A stretch of 14,038 bases of DNA from assembly GCF_006345805.1 (NCBI RefSeq), contig NW_021825934.1, positions 1 through 14,038 on the forward strand. The letters run 5' to 3'. Under the pieces are notes generated by a model, which was not told where the DNA came from, ran no database searches, and saw nothing but the letters and a program-made list of their open reading frames with translations. A program made the translations under genes and the position numbers. This DNA comes from Octopus sinensis. Lineage: Eukaryota. This document shows positions 1-8,525 of the stretch, piece after piece (positions within the stretch are counted from its first letter, which is position 1; each line of letters opens with the position of its first letter).

Positions 1-89
1 TGTAGAAGATCGAAAGTAAAATCTCAGACGGCAAAAAAGGGAAACGAACACGCAATCCAGCGAGAAAAGTATTAAAAATAACCTCTTTC

Positions 90-502
90 ACTCTTTTACT
101 CTTTTACTCTTTTACTCTTTTACTTGTTTCAGTCATTTGACTGCGGCCATGCTGGAGCACCACCTTTAATCGCGCAACTCGACCTGGGATTTATTCTTTT
201 GTAAGCCCAGTACTTATTCTATCGGTCTCTTTTGCCGAACCGCTAAGTGACGGGGACATAAACACACCAGCATCGGTTGTCAAGCAATGTTAGGGGGACA
301 AACACAGACACACAAACATATATATATATATACATATATACGACGGGCTTCTTTAGTGCCGTCTACCAATCCACTCACAAGGCTTTGGTCGGCCCGAGGC
401 TATAGTAGAAGACACTTGCCCAAGGTGCCACGCAGTGAGACTGAACCCGGAACCATGTGGTTGGTAAGCAAGCTACTTACCACACAGCCACTCCTGCGCC
501 TA
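90..502 (-). mobile_element. tRNA-headed SINE, family A, full length
   Basis: On the minus strand: head TAGGCGCAGGAG, A-box-like TGGCTGTGTGG, B-box-like GGTTCAGTCTC, internal (TA)/(TG) tract, body, and (AGTAAAAG)n tail seen as (ACTCTTTT)x4 at 90-124. Homologous to 1083-1483 and 1986-2390. Confidence 0.9.
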
Positions 503-514
503 TATATATATATA

Positions 515-679
515 CGATGGGCTTCTTTCAGTTTCCGTCTACCAAATTCACTCACAAGGCTTTGGTCGGCCCGAGGCTATAGTAGAAGACACTTGCCCAA
601 GGTGCCACGCAGTGGGACTGAACCCGGAACCATGTGGCTGGTAAGCAAGCTACTTACCACACAGCCACTCCTGCGCCTA
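515..679 (-). mobile_element. Extra tandem head (5' ~165 bp) of SINE family A
   Basis: Near-identical to 341-502 and joined to it by a (TA)n linker at 501-514. Confidence 0.9.
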
Positions 680-900
680 TGTTGACAAATATGGATATAT
701 AAATGCCCTTGAACAAGTTATATGGCGCCGTGATTACACTCGCTCACACAAGCCTCCACGAATATGAGAGCATACGGACACGTGAGGTTTGGTGTTCTCA
801 TGATCATAGAACGAGTTAACTATCTACTTGGTGTTTCTAAGAAAGAGGAGGTTAAAAGTAAAGTTGAGTCATTCATGCCTTAAAATGAATTAAATTATGT

Positions 901-1062
901 TAGCAGGAGTGGCTGTGTGGTAAGTAGCTTGCTTACTAACCACATGGTTCCGGGTTCAGTCTCACTGCGTGGCATCTTGGGCAAGTGTCTTCTGCTATAG
1001 CCCCGGGCCGACCAATGCCTTGTGAGTGAATTTGGTAGACGGAAACTGAAAGAAGCCTGTCG
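901..1062 (+). mobile_element. Extra tandem head of SINE family A
   Basis: Near-identical to 1083-1243 and joined to it by a (TA)n linker at 1063-1084. Confidence 0.9.
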
Positions 1063-1082
1063 TATATATATATATATATATA

Positions 1083-1483
1083 TAGGCGCAGGAGTGGCTG
1101 TGTGGTAAGTAGCTTGCTTACTAACCACATGGTTCCGGGTTCAGTCTCACTGCGTGGCATCTTGGCAAGTGTCTTCTGCTATAGCCCCGGGCCGACAATG
1201 CCTTGTGAGTGGATTTGGTAGACGGAAACTGAGAAGCCCGTCGTATATATGTATGTGTGTGTGTTTGTGTGTCTGTGTTTGTCCCCCTAGCATTGCTTGA
1301 CAACCGATGCTGGTGTGTTTATGTCCCCGTCACCTAGCGGTTCGGCAAAAGAGACCGATAGAATAAGTACTGCGCTTACAAAGAATAAGTCCCGACTAAA
1401 GGTGGTGCTCCAGCATGGCCGCAGTCAAATGACTGAAGCAAGTAAAAGAGTAAAAGAGTAAAAGAGTAAAAGAGTAAAAGAGT
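1083..1483 (+). mobile_element. tRNA-headed SINE, family A, near full length
   Basis: A/B-box-like head, internal microsatellite, (AGTAAAAG)x5 tail at 1441-1480. Small body deletion near 1393 relative to the 1986-2390 copy. Confidence 0.9.
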
Positions 1484-1569
1484 TACTCAAAATTCCCTCC
1501 CACTGTATTGTGCGAAAGTAGATTTATATGCGTGTAGGTATCACGAGAGTCGTTCAGATATTCTAATAA

Positions 1570-1880
1570 TCATCTCGTTAGTTTACAGAATAGACGGCAT
1601 CTCCTGGAAATCATTTTGTATGGCTTCGCGTGCCTTACTATAGACCAAGGTATACTGTGCTTCCTTTTATCCTCCTTCACTCGCCATACAAAATCTGTCA
1701 AAGATGTTGAATGTCTCTTATTAATTGTCTTAAAGGTGGCAACATGGTTACGATTCTTAAATGAACCAGTCGTCTGCCCAATATAAACACACGGCCCTCC
1801 CATTGTGTACATTTATATACAACATTTTTATTCATACAGAGATTCATCAAAGGACATTTTGAGATTTCTCTGCATGAGCA
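1570..1880 (-). pseudogene. Degenerate GIY-YIG endonuclease fragment of a Penelope-like element
   Basis: From 1880 the minus strand reads CSCREISKCPLMNLCMNKNVVYKCT, then after a frameshift VYIGQTTGSFKNR-NHVATF...HSTSLTDFVWRVKE...WSIVRHAKPY...RCRL. This matches the PLE pattern CxCR..CPL..C...VVYK...YIG.T...FK.R..NH..SF...ST.LS..W.LK...W.I...A.PY...C.L (motif recalled, not searched). Confidence 0.8.
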
Positions 1881-1985
1881 TTTATCGCATATATTTGTCT
1901 ATAAGGCAGTCCCAACTCCATTTGCCGACTTTGTTACCGTGTTAGCTGTATCATAAGTATTTCTACTAGTACAGTTTGGTTTGAT

Positions 1986-2113
1986 AACCAACCACATGGT
2001 TCTGGGTTCAGTCCCACTGCGTGGCATCTTGGGAAAGTGTCTTCTGCTATAACCCCGGCCGACCAATACCTTGTGAGTGGATTTGGTAGACGGAAACTGA
2101 AAGAAGCCTGTCG

Positions 2114-2173
<60 letters not shown>

Positions 2174-2390
2174 ATGTGTATGTTTGTGTGTCTGTGTTTG
2201 TTCCCCTAGCATTGCTTGAGAACCGATGCTGGTTGTTTACGTCACCGTCACTTAGCGGTTCGGCAAAAGAGACCGATAGAATAAGTACTGGGCTTACAAA
2301 AATAAGTCCCGGGGTCGATTTGCTCGACTAAAGGCGGTGCTCCAGAATGGCCGCAGTCAAATGACTGAAACAAGTAAAAGAGTAAAAAGA
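1986..2390 (+). mobile_element. SINE family A, 5'-truncated (A box missing)
   Basis: Homology starts at ACCAACCACATGG, has an expanded internal (TA)n at ~2113-2160, and ends in AGTAAAAGAGTAAAA. Confidence 0.9.
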
Positions 2391-2395
2391 GAGAG

Positions 2396-2425
2396 TATAT
2401 ATATATATTATATATATATATATAT

Positions 2426-2456
<31 letters not shown>
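2396..2456. repeat. (TA)n microsatellite
   Basis: Direct reading. Confidence 0.95.
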
Positions 2457-2458
<2 letters not shown>

Positions 2459-2774
2459 TAGAGATAGCGGTTGGAATAGCCGTCTAAGGGATAAGAATAT
2501 CGGTTATTACTACCGGTATAAATTACCTATGTTAACCTTGGGCATACATATGTAAGGATATTAGGCTCATAGAATACAGATAATGACAAAATAAAGAAGA
2601 GTTTATCAGGGATTAAATTTAAAATAAGCAGAAAATGGAGAAAACTTTTGATAAACAAACAAATTGACTACCTTTGGCTACTTATTCTTTTAATACAAAA
2701 CTTAAACATTGCTAACAGCCATTTCTGCTACCCATGTCAGACTGACAGCAAAAGTTTTCTCCATTCTCTGCTTA
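2457..2774 (-). mobile_element. (TA)n-flanked foldback module 1 (probable inverted PLE 3' end)
   Basis: 26-bp inverted repeat 2625-2650 / 2749-2774 with 1 mismatch. On the minus strand the long arm continues GCTTATTTTAAATTTAATCCCT, similar to GCTTATTTTGATTTTAATCACT at 4031-4052. Confidence 0.5.
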
Positions 2775-2781
2775 ATTATAT

Positions 2782-2824
<43 letters not shown>

Positions 2825-2890
2825 TATATATATATTATATATATATATATATAATATATAATTTACACACACACACACACACACACACAT
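2775..2890. repeat. (TA)n(CA)n compound microsatellite
   Basis: Direct reading. Confidence 0.95.
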
Positions 2891-3240
2891 ACCAACATAT
2901 ACATAGGCCTATTGCTAAAAATTCTATGTTCTCCGAGCGAGCATCAGTTCTGCACGATTGATAATTCTGCTTATTGTTCGTGTACTACTATCCTAATGTT
3001 TGTGATTGGTTAGTTTAGACTATTCCTAGGCCTTGCTTCTGAGAATCCCATTTTGTCCCTACAGAGACATCATTCTTTTTGATAGAAGAGAAATAATTAA
3101 TAGTCAAAAGAAAGCAAAGAACACACACATAAAATATTCACTTTTTAATCATTGTTCTACATTATTAAGTTCCTTTTTTGCCAACGTGATATTTCAGCCA
3201 TTTGTTGTTAGTGTCCATACTTGCACTTTAATATTATGTG

Positions 3241-3255
3241 TACATACCTACATAC

Positions 3256-3312
<57 letters not shown>

Positions 3313-3399
3313 CATACATACGCACACATATATTGTATGTATATGTTAAAAGACCTATATTTATATACAAATATATATGTATATATATAAATGTATACG

Positions 3400-3471
<72 letters not shown>
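3241..3471. repeat. Interrupted (TACA)n/(TA)n microsatellite
   Basis: Direct reading. Confidence 0.95.
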
Positions 3472-3473
<2 letters not shown>

Positions 3474-3614
3474 AAGAGCAGAACTTATCTGCAGCTCTTG
3501 GTGGTCCAAATTTGAGATGCAATCTATGTGTATGTCTTTTAAAAAGCCACATCAAATGCCATGATGGTGCTAAGGTGTAGGTACAGGAGTAGACAACCAC
3601 CATATATATATATA

Positions 3615-4159
3615 TCAATCAAAATAAGCAACAAGGATATCCAGGGGTAATGCAGTACAATCGTTTAATGCGACTCTATTTAATTGAACAATGCAATCAT
3701 TTAATTACATCAACTTAAAATGTGGAGCAATCTTCAGCTGCACAAAGACATAGAATTTAATTAAATTAGGACACCGTATAATTTTATCTAAAATCTCCAA
3801 CAATGATTTTGTTGGTAAACATGTTCTTTGACTATCTCCTTATCCTCTTGGAGATTTTAGATAAAATTATACTAAAGTGTCCTTGTAATTTAATTAAATT
3901 CTGTCTTCGTGCAACTGAAAATTGCTCTACATTTTAATTTGATGTAATGATGTAATGAAAAGATTGCATTGCTCAATTAAACGGAGTCGCATGAAACGAT
4001 CGTACTGCATTACCTCTGGATATCCTTGTTGCTTATTTTGATTTTAATCACTTTCTTTTCAAATTGTAGAGATAATACCGTACTAAATTCCTGTGCCTCG
4101 ACTTAAGTACCATATTCTTCTGAATCTAAATTTTTACTGAACTCATCTACCATACCTAG
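3615..4159 (+). mobile_element. (TA)n-flanked foldback module 2 (probable 5'-truncated PLE with inverted copy of its 3' end)
   Basis: Inverted arms 3617-3800 and 3848-4043 (roughly 85% identical by eye) with a 47-nt spacer. The right arm continues unpaired to the (TA)n at 4160 and reads LEILDKIILKCPCNLIKFCLRATE/KLLYIL...LLN/KRS with frameshifts. Confidence 0.65.
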
Positions 4160-4471
4160 TATATATATATATATATTGGCATCCTTTTTGTCTCGGGAGA
4201 CAATGGAGTTGTGCATAAAGTAGTCTAGTCCAGCTTTTACATTTCATGTCCTGATACATTTCCTGCTGTGGCTGGAAATGAGTGCTTGGAGCTAAGAGTA
4301 TTATATATATATATATAGTAAAAGCAATTAAGATTCAAGTGAGTTCTGTTGAACTCACATGAATGCGGTACTTAACTTAGATGCACCAGAAATCTATATG
4401 TATTTGCTGCAATATTGCAGCCTTAATAAGGCTGGTCTTCGTATGAAACAATTGTACCGAAATACTGATCC

Positions 4472-4473
<2 letters not shown>

Positions 4474-4548
<75 letters not shown>

Positions 4549-4575
4549 TATATATGTATATATAATATATATATA
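4474..4575. repeat. Interrupted (TA)n microsatellite
   Basis: Direct reading. Confidence 0.95.
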
Positions 4576-4916
4576 AAGGGTAAAGACCCCCTTCGGTCAT
4601 GAATGACCATGGGATTGCACCTAGAAAGTTACCCTCCTAGACACAAGTCTGGGCAAGGTTGTTTTTATGGAAGGCCAGCAGTCGCCCATGCATACCAGCC
4701 TCCCCTCTCCACGCCACCAGTGTTATCCAAGGGAAAGACAAAGGTCGATACAGCTTGGCACCAGTGACGTCGCAACTCATTTCTACAGCTGAGTGAACTG
4801 GAGCAACGTGAAATAAAGTGCCTTGCACGAGAACACAACACGCAGCCCGGTCCGGGATTCGAGCTCACAACCTCACGATCGTAAGCTCGACGCTCTAACC
4901 ACTGAGCCATGCGCCT
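4575..4916 (-). mobile_element. tRNA-headed SINE, family B, full length, between (TA)n tracts
   Basis: Minus-strand head AGGCGCATGGCTCAGTGGTTAGAGCG (A box TGGCTCAGTGG) and B-box-like GCTCGAATCCC, then a body ending CCGAAGGGGGTCTTTACCCTTT. Confidence 0.85.
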
Positions 4917-4929
4917 ATATAATATATAT

Positions 4930-4964
<35 letters not shown>

Positions 4965-4974
4965 TTATAATTAT

Positions 4975-5208
4975 ATATACTTTATTTAAAAGCAGAAGAA
5001 ATTTAACAAAAGCTGTTACTCGAGTTTCACTTTCCCGTTCGTCGAACAGTCTTGTTAAAAAAAAAACTGTGCGACGAACGGGAAAGTGAAACTCCGAGTA
5101 ACAGCTTTTGTTAAATTTCTGCTGCTTTTAAATAAAGTATATTACTCTACCTCTGGTATTTGAATACTCTTTTTTCCACCTTGTTTCCCAATTATGTGTT
5201 TACTCCGG
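4975..5208 (+). mobile_element. (TA)n-flanked foldback module 3 with hammerhead-like motif in each arm
   Basis: Arms 4975-5050 and 5066-5142 (3 differences) with a 15-nt spacer. The right arm extends unpaired to 5208, then (TA)n. Confidence 0.7.
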
Positions 5209-5312
<104 letters not shown>

Positions 5313-5600
5313 ATGTAATTAGAAATGATAACACAAGGAAGCTTTTGCCGGAAAATATAAGAATTTGTTATAAGCTTGGTAAGAAGATATGTTATACATT
5401 ATTTAATTATAATAAACTCCTATCTCAAATCAGTTTTGAATGTTTGAAAGAAATATACTGAGGAGATTGTAAATGTGGTAATTCGGAATTTTATTATAAA
5501 GGAATAGGATATGTTTATACAGGAAATTTAGACATTATTGAAACAAAGGGAATTAAGGGAGATTATAAGTAAAGGGTCTAAATACGGAGAACAAGGTAAG

Positions 5601-6215
5601 ATTAATAAATACAATTTAAAGAAAACAATTGCAGCGTGGAAGGTGTTTGTAAGCCATTTAAGAAACACACAAAATCCGTTCGATTCATTTCAACATTTAA
5701 GTTTAATTTGTCAAAATATTTTCGTCGCTTTAAGACCGCGACCTGTTCACTGACAAAAATCCGTGCTTCATCCGTTCCAGCACACGATCTCAGATCAAAT
5801 CACTTGCTATGCGAATACATCACCGCAATTTAAAGAAAGTTATATTAAAAGCCGTTAATGTATTTATAGTTAAATTAAGTCTCAATTATTAGGTTAAATT
5901 GGAGGAGTTCAAATGCTGGGTTAGGAAATTAACTTATATGGTAAAATTAATAAATACAATTTAAAGAAAACAATCGCAGCGTGGAAGGTGTTTGTAAGCC
6001 ATTTAAGAAACACACAAAATCCGTTCGATTCATTTCAACATTTATGTTTAATTTGTCAAAATATTTTCGTCGCTTTAAGACCGCGACCTGTTCACTGACA
6101 AAAATCCGTGCTTCATCCGTTCCAGCACACGATCTCAGATCAAATCACTTGCTATGCGAATACATCACCGCAATTTAAAGAAAGTTATATTAAAAGCCGT
6201 TAATGTATTTATAGT
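5601..6215 (+). repeat. 345-bp direct tandem duplication (second unit resumes at 6617 after a SINE)
   Basis: 5601-5945 is repeated from 5946 at an exact 345-bp offset. GGTAA microhomology precedes both units. Confidence 0.92.
5625..5825. mobile_element. 201-bp insertion with 13-bp TSD (family unassigned)
   Basis: CAATTTAAAGAAA flanks it at 5612-5624 and 5826-5838. Removing the insert plus one TSD copy restores the frame INKYNLKK-VILKAVNVFIVKL. A second copy lies at 5970-6170. Confidence 0.8.
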
Positions 6216-6601
6216 GGAGGCGCAATGGCCCAGTGGTTAGGGCAGCGGACTCGTGGTCATAGGATCGCGGTTTCGATTCCCAGACCGGGCGTTGTGAGTG
6301 TTTATTGAGCGAAAACACCTAAAAGCTCCACGAGGCTCCGGCAGGGGATGGTGGTGATCCCTGCTGTACTCTTTCACCACAACTTTCTCTCACTCTTACT
6401 TCCTGTTTCTGTTGTAACTTGTATTTCAAAGGGCCGGCCTTGTCACTCTCTGTGTCACGCTGAATATCGCCGAGAACTACGTTAAGGGTACACGTGTCTG
6501 TGGAGTGCTCAGCCACTTACACGTTAATTTCACGAGCAGGCTGTTCCGTTGATTCGGATCAACCGGAACCCTCGTCGTCGTAACCGACGGAGTGCTTCCA
6601 C
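6216..6601 (+). mobile_element. tRNA-headed SINE, family C, full length with 15-bp TSD
   Basis: Head GGAGGCGCAATGGCCCAGTGGTTAGG with B-box-like GTTTCGATTCC. TSD TAATGTATTTATAGT at 6201-6215 and 6602-6616. The empty site is preserved at 5856-5870. Confidence 0.92.
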
Positions 6602-6835
6602 TAATGTATTTATAGTTAAATTAAGCCTCAATTACAAGGTTAAATTGGAGGAGTTCAAGTGCTGGATTAGGAAATTAACTTATATGGTGGTTAAACATTT
6701 AAAGAAATATGGTAAGTGGATAGGGAAAGATTCTGTTTTGAATAAACCACTACTTAAAGAGGATATAAATGGACTTCAGTAATAAAGTATGTGATAGTAC
6801 CAGTAGGGAATTTTGTAGTAATTTGTATAAAATAT

Positions 6836-7593
6836 CCATTTGTATTCTAGGCTCAAGGCCCAAAATATTTTGGGAGGGGCCGGTCGATTAGATCGCCCCC
6901 AGTACGAAGCTGCTACTTAATTTATCGACCCCCGAAAGGTAAAGTCGACCTCTGCGGAATTTGAACTCAGAACATAAAGACAGACGAAATACTTATTTCT
7001 TTATTGCCCACAAGGAGCTAAACACAGAGAGGACAAACAAGGACAGACAAACGGATTAAGTCGATTACATCGTCCCCAGTGCGTAACTGGTGCTTAATTT
7101 ATCGACCCCGAAAGGATGAAAGGCAAAGTCGACCTCGGCGGAATTTGAACTCAGAACGTAACGGCAGACGAAATACCCATTTCTTTACTACCCACAAGGG
7201 GCTAAACACAGAGAGGACAAACAAGGACAGACAAACGGATTAAGTCGATTACATCGTCCCCAGTGCGTAACTGGTACTTAATTTATCGACCCCGAAAGGA
7301 TGAAAGGCAAAGTCGACCTGGGAGGAATTTGAACTCAGAACGTAACGGCAGACGAAATATCTATTTCTTTACTACCCACAAGGGGCTAAACACAGAGGGG
7401 ACAAACAAGGACAGACAAACGGATTAAGTTGATTACATCGACCCCAATGCGTATCTGGTACTTAATTTGTCGATCCCGAAAGGATGAAAGGCAAAGTCGA
7501 CCTCGGCGGAATTTGAACTCAGAACGTAACGGCAGACGAAATACTGCTAAGCATTTCACCCGGCGTGCTAACGTTTCTGCCATCTCGCCGCCC
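6836..7593 (-). mobile_element. SINE family D with internal 184-bp tandem amplification
   Basis: Minus-strand head GGCGGCGAGATGGCAGAAACGTTAGC and B-box-like GAGTTCAAATTC. GACGAAATA recurs at 6983, 7167, 7351 and 7535 (period 184). Imperfect TSD TAAT(T)TGTA(T/A)AAAATAT at 6819-6835 and 7594-7609. Confidence 0.88.
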
Positions 7594-8000
7594 TAATTGT
7601 AAAAAATATTATATGAAGGTTATAGGTAAAGAGTTAGGAGTGGATAAGGAATTTAAGTTTATAGGTAATAAAACATACAAAGTTATACCTGGAATCGTTA
7701 ATGAGATAGTTAATGAGGTAGTTAATATCCACAGTGGAAAAACTAAGTGGTTTAGAAGTGGAAGAATTGAATAAAAATAACCGTAAGCATTTTTTGATTC
7801 CTAAACTGCATAGAGTTTTTTTTTAAAGTAGATTCATAGCAGCAGCTAGTAATTGGTTGATGTTTCTTTAAAAGTTGTTAGAATATATTTTAAAAAAATA
7901 TTGTGATAAAATTTGAAACAGTTCAGAAATTAATGATTTTTGGAGTGTTCGATCAACTAAGGAATTTCTAGAAAGACTGATTAAATAAAGAAGCAAAAGA

Positions 8001-8045
8001 GTATGTATGTATGTATGTATGTATGTATGTATGTATGTATGTATG

Positions 8046-8079
<34 letters not shown>

Positions 8080-8320
8080 TGTATGTATGTATTCATGTAT
8101 GTATGCATTCATGTATGTATGTGTGTATGTATGCATGTATGTATGTATGTATGTATGTATGTATGTATGTATGTATGTATGTATGTATGTATGTATGCAT
8201 GCATGCATGCATGTATGCATGTATGTATGTATGCATGTATGTATGTATGTTTGTGCGTACATGCATGCATATGTATGTATGTATTCATGTATGCATGTAT
8301 GTATTTATGTATGTATGTAT
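8001..8320. repeat. (ATGT)n tetranucleotide microsatellite with ATGC variants
   Basis: Direct reading; it explains ORFs 7981-8418. Confidence 0.97.
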
Positions 8321-8525
8321 ACGATTCTTCGACATTATATACATACGTAAATCATAAATGTGTAAAGGACGGTATTTTTAGTATAATAGGTATTATATTT
8401 AATAAAGGATATAAATGAACATCTATAGAGAATAATAAAGGTTTCTTGTCTAATTGTTGTTATAAGAAATATATCAATATTGCGTTGTCTGGAAAGTTCG
8501 TGCCGATTTTTAAAGGAAAGAAAAA

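Larger units (their letters stand above)
5313..8479 (+). pseudogene. Fragmented Penelope-like reverse transcriptase ORF (N-terminal region through RT motif A), interrupted by younger insertions
   Basis: Colinear motifs: CKCGNSEFYYKGIGYVYTGNLDII (5468-), LREIISKGSKYGEQGKIN (~5553-), YVIVPV...FVVIC (~6788-6827), CKKYYMKVIGKELG...GNKTY (7598-), IPKLHR..*SRFIAAAS (7797-), FWSVRSTKEFLEK (7938-), YDSSTLYT (8320-8343). These match recalled PLE motifs GHVITGDL, KGPKYRE, YVIVPADK, CKKYY..L.KELG, PKLHK...RFIA and FDFSTLYT. Confidence 0.8.

Noticed and set aside
287-1303. Repeated ORFs containing RGYSRRHLP...EPGTMWLV
   Set aside because: Antisense readings of SINE family A heads.
4176-4300. RTE-type 5' end or HDV-like ribozyme near the TTGTCT-CGGG-AGACAA hairpin
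   Set aside because: I could not assemble the HDV nested double pseudoknot; only one hairpin is evident.
5459-5461. In-frame TGA in the PLE relic as selenocysteine (reported for some Naiad PLEs)
   Set aside because: It does not align with an evidently conserved Cys, and the relic has other stops and frameshifts, so decay is the simpler explanation.
5636-6178. Duplicated 65-aa ORF MEGVCKPF... as a small gene pair
   Set aside because: Lies within the 201-bp insert and is duplicated only because of the 345-bp tandem duplication.
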